NCBI GenBank assembly: GCA_045585915.1
Contig: JAZMZJ010000086.1
Location: 1-61,911, forward strand
Reading direction: 5' to 3'
Length of the DNA: 61,911 nucleotides
From: Faecousia sp.
Lineage (GTDB): Bacteria > Bacillota > Clostridia > Oscillospirales > Oscillospiraceae
Below, piece by piece: positions 10,936-20,600 of this stretch (its first letter is position 1; every line of letters begins with the position of its first letter). A program made the position numbers and the translations under genes. A model generated the notes under the pieces. That model was not told the origin of the DNA. It did no database searches and worked only from the letters and a program-made list of their open reading frames with translations.

Positions 10936-10953
10936 TGTACTTGCACAAGTACA
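10936..10953. promoter_or_regulatory. second palindromic operator
   Basis: TGTACTTG-CA-CAAGTACA, same GTACTTG-N2-CAAGTAC core as 10884-10899. Confidence 0.75.
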
Positions 10954-11077
10954 GACCGACAAATTTAGACATTTTTTACAAACCTTATGAATGGGAAAAA
11001 ATCGGGAAGTTTTTATTGTTTGCAATTATGGGGCTTGTATGGTATAGTAGAGGAAAGTATGGATTTAGAGGTATTGT

Positions 11078-12058
11078 ATGGATTACATTGTTTTGGATAT
11101 GGAGTGGAATCAGCCCTGGCCGGGTTCGCCCTCTGCCCGAAAGGTGCTTCCGGTGCAGATTCGGGGTGAGATTCTGCAAATCGGCGCTGTGCGTGTAACT
11201 GAGGACAGACAGGTGGCCGATGAGTTTCAGGTGCTTATCCGCCCCAAGTATTATAAGCGGCTTAACCGCCGTGTCAGCAAGCTCACCGGCATTAAGGATG
11301 CGCAGCTTCGGGAGCAGGGTGTTCCCATGGAGGACGCAATTGCTGCCTTCAGAGAATGGTGCGGCAAAGATGTGACTTTCCTGACATGGGGCTTTGATGA
11401 TATCACCATTTTACGAGAGAACCTGCGGCTTTACGGTTTGGATGAAAATTGGGTCAGCCGTTGGTATAACGCCCAAATGATTTTCAATGCCCAAACCGAC
11501 GGCTCTAATGCCCAAAAGGCGTTGAAAACGGCTATGGAGATGTTTGAAATCGAAGCCAGCCGCCCGGCTCACGATGCTTTGGGTGATGCCTATCACACCG
11601 CCCTTATTTGTGCCAAGCTGGACTTGCAGCGGGGCATCACCGAGTATGAAGATGCTCTGAAAAGCCATGTAAATGGCTTCCACGGGGCAGAGCTGCCCGG
11701 ATGTATCAGCCGTAAAGTGTTTTATGATTATGCGGACAAGCGCGCGGCCCTTTCTGCAATGGCAGGCGCGGAAAATAAGTGCCCCACCTGTGGCCGGCAG
11801 ATGCTGGGTTCCCGTTGGTTTGCTCAGCCGGGAAGACGGTATATGGATCTTGCCAAATGCCCGGAACACGGCGCATTTTTGATCCGTGTGCGGCTTTCTC
11901 AGCAGCCGGATGGTACGGTGCGGGTCAGCCGCCTGACTTATGAGGCTACCTCAGAAGCTGCTCAGGCTTATGCTAAACGGGCAGAGAAGGCTGAGCCGGA
12001 AGCACCCCGCTCCACCACCCGTCGCAGAAGAAGCAGAATTACCGAAAAGAAAGAATAA
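11078..12058 (+). CDS. DEDDh 3'-5' exonuclease (KapD/ERI-1-like) with C-terminal Cys/His domain
   Basis: VLDMEWN, TWGFDD, HDALGDA; C-terminal CPTC...CPEH. Confidence 0.85.
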   Translation: MDYIVLDMEWNQPWPGSPSARKVLPVQIRGEILQIGAVRVTEDRQVADEFQVLIRPKYYKRLNRRVSKLTGIKDAQLREQGVPMEDAIAAFREWCGKDVTFLTWGFDDITILRENLRLYGLDENWVSRWYNAQMIFNAQTDGSNAQKALKTAMEMFEIEASRPAHDALGDAYHTALICAKLDLQRGITEYEDALKSHVNGFHGAELPGCISRKVFYDYADKRAALSAMAGAENKCPTCGRQMLGSRWFAQPGRRYMDLAKCPEHGAFLIRVRLSQQPDGTVRVSRLTYEATSEAAQAYAKRAEKAEPEAPRSTTRRRRSRITEKKE

Positions 12059-12068
12059 AAGATGCAGG

Positions 12069-12102
12069 AAGCTCCAACACGCAATGGTGTTGGAGCTTTT
12101 TT
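12069..12102 (+). terminator. intrinsic terminator
   Basis: AAGCTCCAACAC-GCAATG-GTGTTGGAGCTT followed by T tract. Confidence 0.9.
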
Positions 12103-12159
12103 GTGTAATAAGTCAGCAAGTTTATTCTCTGACACAGTTATTAGCTTAAGTGCATTATA

Positions 12160-12340
12160 TAATGAAACCCTTGCTCACGCAAGGATAAAAGCTGCTAACG
12201 CAGATGAAATCCACTATCGTGGATGAAATTAAGTCCACCCTTCCACCTTCGAGGCGGATTTCATAGTCGAAGATGATTTGTTCTACCCAGTAGGGTGGAT
12301 TTAGTTGAAAAAGCCGGGTGCTTTTGCACTCGGCTTTTTC
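12160..12340. repeat. REP-like multi-hairpin element plus tRNA terminator (12307-12340)
   Basis: Repeated GATGAAAT/ATTTCAT words and short hairpins; GAAAAAGCCGGGTGC-TTTT-GCACTCGGCTTTTTC abuts the tRNA-Trp 3' end. Confidence 0.5.
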
Positions 12341-12416
<76 letters not shown>

Positions 12417-12446
12417 ATATATAAAAAGGCGGAGCCTTATTGTTGA

Positions 12447-12523
12447 TGGTGGGCCCTCAGGGATTCGAACCCGGGACTATCCGGTTATGAGCCGGAGGCT
12501 CTAACCAACTGAGCTAAGGGCCC
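12447..12523 (-). tRNA. tRNA with CAT anticodon, most like tRNA-Ile2 (lysidine)
   Basis: GGGCCCTTAGCTCAGTTGGTTAGAGCCTCCGGCTCATAACCGG...GGTTCGAATCC...CCCACCA; G1-C72 pair and no GGG/CCC anticodon stem, so not fMet. Confidence 0.9.
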
Positions 12524-12559
12524 GTAAATCGCTGATGCAGCACGCCACATCGCTTGGGT

Positions 12560-12588
12560 ATTATACCACCTGACTTTACCGATGTCAA
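12560..12588 (-). promoter_or_regulatory. sigma-A promoter of the tRNA pair
   Basis: Perfect TTGACA-17 nt-TATAAT on the minus strand. Confidence 0.9.
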
Positions 12589-12677
12589 GGCTTTCTTGTA
12601 AGAAATGAACGTATGGATTTTCTGTTTGTGCTTGGTTTTGGGTACAATATAATTATTATAATCAAGGAGGAAGCATT

Positions 12678-13508
12678 ATGAAACTGTCAGCTGAACAAAT
12701 AAAGAAATTTGCAAACTATCTTTGTCAGGAAGAAAAAAGTGTGGCGACACAGGAGAAGTATCTGCGGGATGTACGAGGGTTCTGCGTTTATGCAGACGAT
12801 AACGAGATTACAAAGGAATTAGTTGTTGCATGGAAAAGACATTTGGTGGAACAAGGTTTTGCGGTTCGTTCTATCAATTCCATGCTTGCTAGCGTGAACA
12901 GCCTGTTGGACTTTTTGGGGTTATCCAACTGTAAGACGAAGAACATTCGAATGCAACAGAAGACCTACTGCACCGAGGACAAGGAACTGACCAAGGCGGA
13001 GTATATGCGTTTACTGGATGCGTCGAAGAAAAACGAACAGTTAAACCTGGTGATCCAAACCATATGTGGTACAGGTATTCGTGTGTCAGAACTGCGTTAT
13101 TTTACTGTGGAAGCGATCCGGCATGGCGAAGTCACTGTGGACTGTAAAAGCAAAACCCGGACGATCCTCGTTCCGGGTAAGTTGAAGAATATTCTGCTGA
13201 ACTATGCTAAAAAACATGGCATTACCGCCGGTGCGATCTTCGTTACACGATCCGGCAAACCGCTGGATCGTAGTAACATCTGGTCTGCTATGAAGAAACT
13301 GTGCGAGACTGCCGGTGTAAAGTCAAGCAAGGTATTTCCCCATAACCTGCGTAAGCTCTTTGCCCGCACTTTCTACGGCATCGAGAAGGATATCGCCAAG
13401 CTGGCCGACATCCTGGGACACAGCAGCATCAATACTACCCGGATCTATATAATGACCACCGGTGTTGAGCATCGCCGCAAGATCGAACGCCTTGGACTTA
13501 TAGTATAG
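12678..13508 (+). CDS. Xer-type tyrosine recombinase (probable invertase)
   Basis: Catalytic set TGIR, CKSK, HNLR, LGHSS, TTRIY; 276 aa, no arm-binding extension. Confidence 0.93.
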   Translation: MKLSAEQIKKFANYLCQEEKSVATQEKYLRDVRGFCVYADDNEITKELVVAWKRHLVEQGFAVRSINSMLASVNSLLDFLGLSNCKTKNIRMQQKTYCTEDKELTKAEYMRLLDASKKNEQLNLVIQTICGTGIRVSELRYFTVEAIRHGEVTVDCKSKTRTILVPGKLKNILLNYAKKHGITAGAIFVTRSGKPLDRSNIWSAMKKLCETAGVKSSKVFPHNLRKLFARTFYGIEKDIAKLADILGHSSINTTRIYIMTTGVEHRRKIERLGLIV

Positions 13509-13518
13509 AAAAAGAAAA

Positions 13519-13542
13519 ACCACATAATCGGCATTATGTAGT
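13519..13542 (+). repeat. left recombination site (IRL) of invertible segment
   Basis: ACCACATAA-TCGGCA-TTATGTAGT: dif-like arms around a 6-bp asymmetric spacer. Confidence 0.88.
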
Positions 13543-13587
13543 AAAGCAAATATTACAAAAGGGTATACCACCCTTCATACATCCGTT

Positions 13588-13616
13588 ATTATACGGCAGC
13601 AAAACTCAAATTACAA
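13588..13616 (-). promoter_or_regulatory. sigma-A promoter inside the invertible segment (OFF orientation for the surface operon)
   Basis: Minus strand TTGTAA-17 nt-TATAAT. Confidence 0.8.
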
Positions 13617-13781
13617 GTAGCTATCGAGAAAAAACATACCATTCCCTAAAAATGTTTTAATTTAGACCGTACAAAACACCCTCAAACGGTGTTTCTTTTT
13701 TGAAACGATGTGTGAGGGTAAAACTTCTGCGCTCATTTTAGCCGAGTCGAGCAATGGTGCACAGATACGTTATTTGATAAT

Positions 13782-13805
13782 ACCACATAATGCCGATTAT
13801 GTGGT
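13782..13805 (-). repeat. right recombination site (IRR) of invertible segment
   Basis: ACCACATAA-TGCCGA-TTATGTGGT; reverse complement matches IRL at 23/24 positions, spacer inverted. Confidence 0.88.
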
Positions 13806-13838
13806 AGTGTGAGTGAGAAAAGCTGTGGAGGTATGTGT

Positions 13839-16800
13839 ATGTTTTCAAAAGAAAAAGGAATGTTCCGTAAAGTTGTTTGCATAATGCTTACGCTTGTTAT
13901 GGTAGCTATGCTTACGGTTGGCTGTAATTCCGAAAAGGGAAAGGAATATGAAACAGTAACGGTAGTAAAGGATGGCTTGTCCGCATATGAAATCGCTGTT
14001 CAGTATGGTTATGAAGGAACAGTTGAGGAGTGGTTGGTTTCTCTGAATGGTAAATCTGCTTATGAGATTGCCAAAGAGAATGGTTATACCGGCACGCAAG
14101 AGGATTGGATAGCTGCGATCAATGCGGCAGCAACCCAGTCTGTTGTCAGTATTACTACGGCGAAGTTCTCTTCTAAGGGCGAACTGATCATTGTTCTCTC
14201 CGATGGAACAGAATTGAATGTAGGTAAAGCAGTCGGTGCTGATGGTAAAAACGGTACCAATGGTAAAGACGGATCGGACGGCAAGGATGGCGCTGCTGGC
14301 AAAGACGGTGTAAGTATCTCAGGTGCATCTATCAATGAGAATGGTCAGCTTGTGATAACCTACTCTGACGGAAAGTCCGTCAATCTGGACAAGGTTGTGG
14401 GCATGAACGGTGCTGATGGTATTGGCATCTCCAAGTCCGAGATCAACGCAAACGGCGAATTGGTCTTGACTTACACCAACGGTCAGCAGACTAACCTTGG
14501 TTGTGTGATCGGTGCAGACGGTAAAGATGGTGTCGCGGGCGTAACCGGTGCTCCCGGTCAAAACGGTGCTGATGGCAAAGATGGTATCAGCATTACAAAT
14601 TCTGTGATTAACACCGCTGGTGAGCTGGTTATTACCTATTCTGATGGTAAAACAGCCAATTTGGGCAAGGTTGTGGGAGCTGACGGCAAGGACGGCACAA
14701 ACGGATCCGATGGTAAGGACGGCGTCAATGGTGTAGACGGCAAAGACGGCGTTAGTGTTTCTGCGGCAGAAATCAACTCTGAAGGCGAATTGGTTTTGAC
14801 CTTCTCCAATGGCCAGCGATCTAATTTGGGCAGTGTGCTTGGCGGCGCTCCTGGTAAGGATGGCGTGAATGGCACCAATGGCAAAGATGGCGCAGATGGA
14901 GCGGATGGTAAAGATGGTGTCGACGGTAAGGACGGCATCAGCATTACTAAATCTGAAATCAACAATAAGGGCGAACTGGTCCTGACCTATTCTGATGGCG
15001 CGGTAGAAAATCTGGGCGTAGTTGTGGGTGCCGCCGGTAAGGATGGCGCTGACGGAAAAGACGGCGCTGACGGCAAGAATGGCATCAACGGCACCAATGG
15101 CGCTGATGGCAAAGATGGCGTTGGTATTCAGAATATTTCTATTAGCGCAGAAGGCGTGCTGCAGATCGTTCTGACGAATGGAACAACAATGGATCTTGGC
15201 AATATTAAGGGCGCTGATGGTAAGGATGGCATCAACGGCAAAGACGGTGCCGATGGTGCTGACGGAAAAGATGGTATCGGTATTAGTGGTACGACCATCA
15301 ATGCTCTTGGCGAATTGATTATTTCTTACTCCAATGGAGACAGCACGAACTTGGGCAAGATTGCCGGTATCGATGGTAAGGACGGTATTAACGGTGTCGA
15401 TGGTGTTGGTATTTCCAAGACCGAGATCAACGCTGAGGGCAAGCTGGTCGTAACTTATACCAACGGAACATCTGAAACATTGGGTAAGATCGTTGGTGCC
15501 GATGGCAAGGATGGAGCCAATGGTGCAGATGGAGTTCCCGGTAAGGACGGCGTCGATGGTAAGGATGGTATCGGTATTACCTCCACTACAATCAATGCAG
15601 CCGGCGAACTGACGATCGTATATTCCAACGGCAACAGTGTTAACTTAGGAAAGATCGCTGGCGTTGATGGTGCCGATGGCAAGGACGGCGTAGATGGAAC
15701 AAACGGCACTGACGGCATCAGCATTACAAAGACTGAGATCAATAACGACGGCAAACTGGTCGTTACATATTCCAATGGCAAATCTGACACATTGGGTGTT
15801 GTTGTAGGTGCAAATGGTAAGGACGGTACCGACGGTACCAACGGCGCCGATGGTAAGGATGGCGTTGGTATTACCAAGATGGAAGTCAACGCTGCAGGCG
15901 AACTGCTCGTTGCGTATACAGACGGCAGCTCTGTCAACTTGGGTAAGGTTGCCGGTATCGATGGCGAAGACGGTACTGACGGCAAGGATGGCATCAACGG
16001 TACAAATGGTGTCGATGGCAAAGACGGTATTAGTGTTACCAAAACCGAGATCAACGCCAATGGAGAGCTTGTAATCAGCTATTCTAACGGAGAAACGGAT
16101 ACCTTGGGCAAGGTCGTTGGCGCTGATGGCAAAGATGGTGTTGATGGCACCGATGGCAAGGACGGCATTAACGGAACCAACGGAGCTGATGGCAAAGACG
16201 GTGTTGACGGTGTTGGTATTACCAAGGCGGAGATTGTCAATGGGGAATTGATCCTGGATTTCTCCAACAACACAAGCATCAACCTTGGCAACATTAAGGG
16301 TGCTGATGGTAAGGACGGTATTAATGGTGCCGATGGCAAGGATGGCGTAAACGGCGCTGACGGCAAGGATGGCACCAATGGTGTTGACGGCAAAGACGGT
16401 GTTGGCATTGAAACGGTTACGATTTCCGATGCAGGCGAACTGTCTGTAAAGCTGACCAGCGGTACAACCCTGAATCTTGGCAACATCAAGGGCAAGGACG
16501 GCATCGGCATCAGCAAGTCTGAAATCAACGATAAGGGCGAACTGGTCTTGACCTATACCTCCGGTCAGGAAGTGAACCTGGGCAAGGTCGTGGGTGCAGA
16601 CGGCAAAGATGGCGCAAATGGTAAAGATGGTGTCAATGGCGCTGATGGCGTCGATGGACAGGACGGTCAAGATGGCGTTGGTATCTCCGATGTCACTGTA
16701 AGCGCAGATGGCGATTTGACGGTTACCTTGACCGATACGACCGTTTTGGATTTGGGCAATATCCGTGGTCCCCAGGGCGAAAAGGGTGAAACTGGTGCGA

Positions 16801-17594
16801 CAGGTCCTCAGGGCCCTGCCGGTGCTGACGGCAAGGACGGTGTGAATGGCAAAGATGGCACAGATGGCGTAGGTGTTGCCGATGCCTATGTCAACGACCA
16901 ACTGCACTTGATCTTGGTGTTGACCAATGGCACTGAAATTGACGCTGGTTATGTTGGCGTTACCACCGGTGGTGGTACGACTCCCGAGCCCACACCTACT
17001 ACTTACACGGTTACATTTAAGGATTGGGACGGCACAGAACTGAAGACCCAGACCGTAGAATCCGGCAAGGCAGCTACTGCTCCTTCTGATCCCAGCAGAG
17101 ATGGATACATCTTCACCGGTTGGGATAAGGCTTTCAACAACATTACCGCAAATTTAGTTGTTACCGCTGTTTATGAAATAGAATCCACCGATCCTCAGTT
17201 TGTAGGTTCTAAGACGACTGCCAATGCAGGCAGTACTGATGTAGGAGTATCTATTTCTATTAAGAACAACCCTGGTATTTTGGGATTGCAGATGGCTATC
17301 GCCTTTGACGAGAGTGTTTTGACCTTGACAGATACGTCGAACGGCGATGCGACGGCAGCACTTACTTACCGGAAACCCAGCCGTCTTATCAGTGGCTGCA
17401 ATCTGGTTTGGTACGGTGATGAGACCGGCGAGATCATTGATGGAAGTGTTGTGAATTTGACATTTGATATTGCAGCGAATGCTCCTGCTGGTGTTTATCC
17501 TGTAACAATCACTTTCTACAACGAAGATTCTTATGATGCAGAATACAACACATTTGAAGCAACCGTTGTACATGCAACAATCACCGTAAGTTAA
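13839..17594 (+). CDS. lipoprotein with collagen-like/beta-repeat fibre, InlB B-repeat and C-terminal cohesin
   Basis: GGAGG RBS 7 nt upstream; lipobox LTVG-C; GKSAYEIA motifs; 18 repeats like ISKSEINANGELVLTYSDG..VNLG separated by G-X-Y triplets; YTVTFKDWDG...GYIFTGWD; cohesin NNPGILG...SGCNLVWYG. Confidence 0.85.
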   Translation: MFSKEKGMFRKVVCIMLTLVMVAMLTVGCNSEKGKEYETVTVVKDGLSAYEIAVQYGYEGTVEEWLVSLNGKSAYEIAKENGYTGTQEDWIAAINAAATQSVVSITTAKFSSKGELIIVLSDGTELNVGKAVGADGKNGTNGKDGSDGKDGAAGKDGVSISGASINENGQLVITYSDGKSVNLDKVVGMNGADGIGISKSEINANGELVLTYTNGQQTNLGCVIGADGKDGVAGVTGAPGQNGADGKDGISITNSVINTAGELVITYSDGKTANLGKVVGADGKDGTNGSDGKDGVNGVDGKDGVSVSAAEINSEGELVLTFSNGQRSNLGSVLGGAPGKDGVNGTNGKDGADGADGKDGVDGKDGISITKSEINNKGELVLTYSDGAVENLGVVVGAAGKDGADGKDGADGKNGINGTNGADGKDGVGIQNISISAEGVLQIVLTNGTTMDLGNIKGADGKDGINGKDGADGADGKDGIGISGTTINALGELIISYSNGDSTNLGKIAGIDGKDGINGVDGVGISKTEINAEGKLVVTYTNGTSETLGKIVGADGKDGANGADGVPGKDGVDGKDGIGITSTTINAAGELTIVYSNGNSVNLGKIAGVDGADGKDGVDGTNGTDGISITKTEINNDGKLVVTYSNGKSDTLGVVVGANGKDGTDGTNGADGKDGVGITKMEVNAAGELLVAYTDGSSVNLGKVAGIDGEDGTDGKDGINGTNGVDGKDGISVTKTEINANGELVISYSNGETDTLGKVVGADGKDGVDGTDGKDGINGTNGADGKDGVDGVGITKAEIVNGELILDFSNNTSINLGNIKGADGKDGINGADGKDGVNGADGKDGTNGVDGKDGVGIETVTISDAGELSVKLTSGTTLNLGNIKGKDGIGISKSEINDKGELVLTYTSGQEVNLGKVVGADGKDGANGKDGVNGADGVDGQDGQDGVGISDVTVSADGDLTVTLTDTTVLDLGNIRGPQGEKGETGATGPQGPAGADGKDGVNGKDGTDGVGVADAYVNDQLHLILVLTNGTEIDAGYVGVTTGGGTTPEPTPTTYTVTFKDWDGTELKTQTVESGKAATAPSDPSRDGYIFTGWDKAFNNITANLVVTAVYEIESTDPQFVGSKTTANAGSTDVGVSISIKNNPGILGLQMAIAFDESVLTLTDTSNGDATAALTYRKPSRLISGCNLVWYGDETGEIIDGSVVNLTFDIAANAPAGVYPVTITFYNEDSYDAEYNTFEATVVHATITVS

Positions 17595-17629
17595 GATCTA
17601 CAAAAATTTGCAATAGGAGGGCGGCAATT

Positions 17630-20600
17630 GTGAGTAAAAGAATTATAGCATTTACCCTTATGCTTGCACTTGTTCTGTCGTGCATGCCGGTAATGGTTTT
17701 TGCACAATCGAACACCAGTGCAGTACTTACAGTCGATGATGTCTATGCCACACCTGGATCTAGTGTAACAGTAGACATCGAACTTGAAAACAACCCCGGT
17801 ATTCTTGGTGCAACCTTGTCCGTAAGCTGGGATGATGGCTTGACTCTGACAGGGCATGAAAGCGGCGAGGTTTTTTCCGAACTGAGTTATCAAGGCCCCA
17901 GCCGTCTTGTCAGTGGTTGTAATTTCATTTGGTATGGCGACGCTGTCAGCAATATCATTGACGGAACAATCCTGACACTGACATTTAATGTGACAGAAGC
18001 TGCGTCTGATGCAGAAATCTTTGATATTGAAGTTACATATGACAGTGCCGATATTTTGGATCAGAGTTATAATCCTGTGGAACTGACAGTTAACAACGGC
18101 AGTGTGCGGATCGTAACCTATAAGCCCGGCGACGTAACTGACGATGATCGAATCAACACCCTTGACTTGATCAAACTTAGCCAGTATATTTCTGACGGCA
18201 AAAAGACAGATCCCGATGGATTTAATGTAACCATTAATGAAAGTGCAGCGGATGTTAACGACGATGGTCGTATGAATACCTTGGATTTGATTTGGATCAG
18301 CCAGTATATCTCCGATGGGTGTAAGACAGATCCGGAAGGCTATAACATCACACTGAAGCCTTCCACTCCCAAGTGTGCTCATTCTATGCAGGCAATCGCA
18401 GCTAAGGCTGCCACCTGTACCGAGGATGGTAATGATGCATACTGGTACTGTACCAAGTGTGAAAAATATTTTAGCACTGAAGCTGGTACTGCTGAGATCA
18501 ACTTGGAAGATACTGTTATTGAAGCATCGCATAGCTTAACAGCTGTTGAAGAAAAAAATCCGTCCTACACAGAAGACGGTAATATTGCTTACTGGTATTG
18601 CTCTGCTTGTGAGAAATATTTCACAGACGCTGAGGCGAGTGAAGAAATTACATACGAGCAGACAGTTATTCCAAAACTGCAAGCTACGGAGCATTTGGTC
18701 GAGTATGATGTAGCAAATGGTGACCCTTATCTTCAAAAACTGGTAGACAATGGAACTCTTAAAAATCTCAATCCGAGTAGCTATGCAGAAGGCATTGGGT
18801 TAACCCTTACAAATCTTTCTGTTGCGGGATACCGTTTCTTGGGATGGTATGACTTGGCAGAGAACGGCACACTCGTGAAAAAAATAGATGCAACAGCAAC
18901 AGAGACCTATCAGTTGTATGCCTACTGGAGTAAGATCGAGTATACGGTTCAGTACAAATCCAGCCTGTTTGTAGACCGGGCACAGGATACCTATACAGTC
19001 GATACCGGCCTGGTGTTACCCACGCCCAAGCTGAGCAACTATTCCTTTGTTGGTTGGTCCGATGAGAGTGGAAAGCTGCTAAAGGGAACAGCTATTCCTG
19101 TAGGTACCACCGGCAATTTGATCCTTGACGGAAACTGGACCAGCGAAAGAAACAAGACCTGGACAAAGCCTGTCCTGGACGCACCTATCATCGAAACCGA
19201 TGAAGAGAATGGCGTAATTCTCTTTGCTTACGAAATCGGTGAGATTCAGAATGTGCCGCTGTATACCATTAAGGACTTTGGCTACATTGCCGGTGAGGGT
19301 ATCACAAAGACAGAAAGCACCACCTACAGAGTAACCATTACAGAAGAAATGATGAAGGCGTACGCCAAGTCCGTTGCAAAGGCTACTACAGAGTCTTCCA
19401 ACTGGACACTGGCAAGCACCTGGAATGAGACAACTTCTGTAAATGAAGAATGGTGCCAGGAAAACGGCAAGAATGTTGAAGAGGTTAATGAGATCGCTAA
19501 GAGCGACAGTCAGAACTGGAACATCAGTAACAGCAAGAGCGGTTCTACAGAAACGGTCTCTACCACCACGAATCAGGATGGTTGGAAGAATGAGGTTAAG
19601 GTTAATTCCAGCTCTTCAAGCACCGATACTGAGTCCAGCACCGACAAGACCACAAAGGATCAGGCATGGAATGTTGACGCAAAGCTGACTTACACGCCTA
19701 AGAGCTATTCCTTTGGTATTGATGTTTTCGAAGTAGGCGGAGCTAATGCCAGTGTCAGCGGTGGCTGGGGCGGCGAAATCGGCGGTGGCTATGAGCACAA
19801 TTGGGGCGAAGAGCATGTTGATACCGAAGAGCATTCGGATACCACTTCCTCCGGCATGGAGATGGGAGGATCTCACGACAAGTCCACCTTGACAACAAAC
19901 GGAACCACTTCCACATCCTCCTGGAATAACACTACCAGCTACGGTGGAAGCTCCACTAACAGCTCAACCCATACAAACTCCACGGCTCTCTCTGAAAAGA
20001 TTAGCCAGGCATATGGATATGGAAGCAGTTATGCTACAGGCGGCGAGGCAGGTTCTTCTCAGGGACTGTCTTCCTCCCAGTCTGATTCGGAGTCGTATTC
20101 CTCTTCCGTTACATATGGCACCGAAACTTCTGAGGAAGTTACAAGCCAGTGGACAACACAATCTACAAAGGCCGGGTACCATCGTTGGGTAGTGGCAGGT
20201 ACTGCACACGTCTTTGCGGTGGTTGGCTATGACATGACCAAGAATTCCTACTTTGTATATACCTATAGCGTGATGGATGATGAGACTCATGAGTTTGAGG
20301 ATTATTCCTACACTTCCGCTGACTATAACGATCAGGAAAATGGTGTAATCTCCTTTGAGATCCCCTTTGAGGTTGCGGAGTATGTACAGGAGAAGACCAG
20401 CTATTCTGACGGTCTGAAGGTGAATCAGGTAACAGGTATTATTGAGGAATACACTGGTGACGATACCTGTGTCGTCATTCCCGAATACTGGAATGTAGGC
20501 AATGGTGATGTAGTAAAGGTTACAGGTATCGCAAAGGATGCATTCGCAGGCAATGAAAACATTTGCGCTGTTGTGCTTTCCGACTTTATTACAGAAATTC

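Noticed and set aside
12678-13508. Recombinase as the island's tRNA-targeting integrase
   Set aside because: Only 276 aa, no arm-binding domain, and it abuts its own candidate inverted sites; an invertase role fits better (not proven)
13519-13805. CATAA-N6-TTATG sites as the chromosomal dif site
   Set aside because: There are two inverted copies 263 bp apart with symmetric arms, beside a dedicated recombinase in an island; dif is single-copy with distinct XerC and XerD arms
14230-16880. Regularly spaced GGCAAGGATGG-like repeats as a CRISPR array
   Set aside because: They are degenerate in-frame codons for G-K-D collagen triplets inside one ORF; no constant repeat with unique spacers and no cas genes
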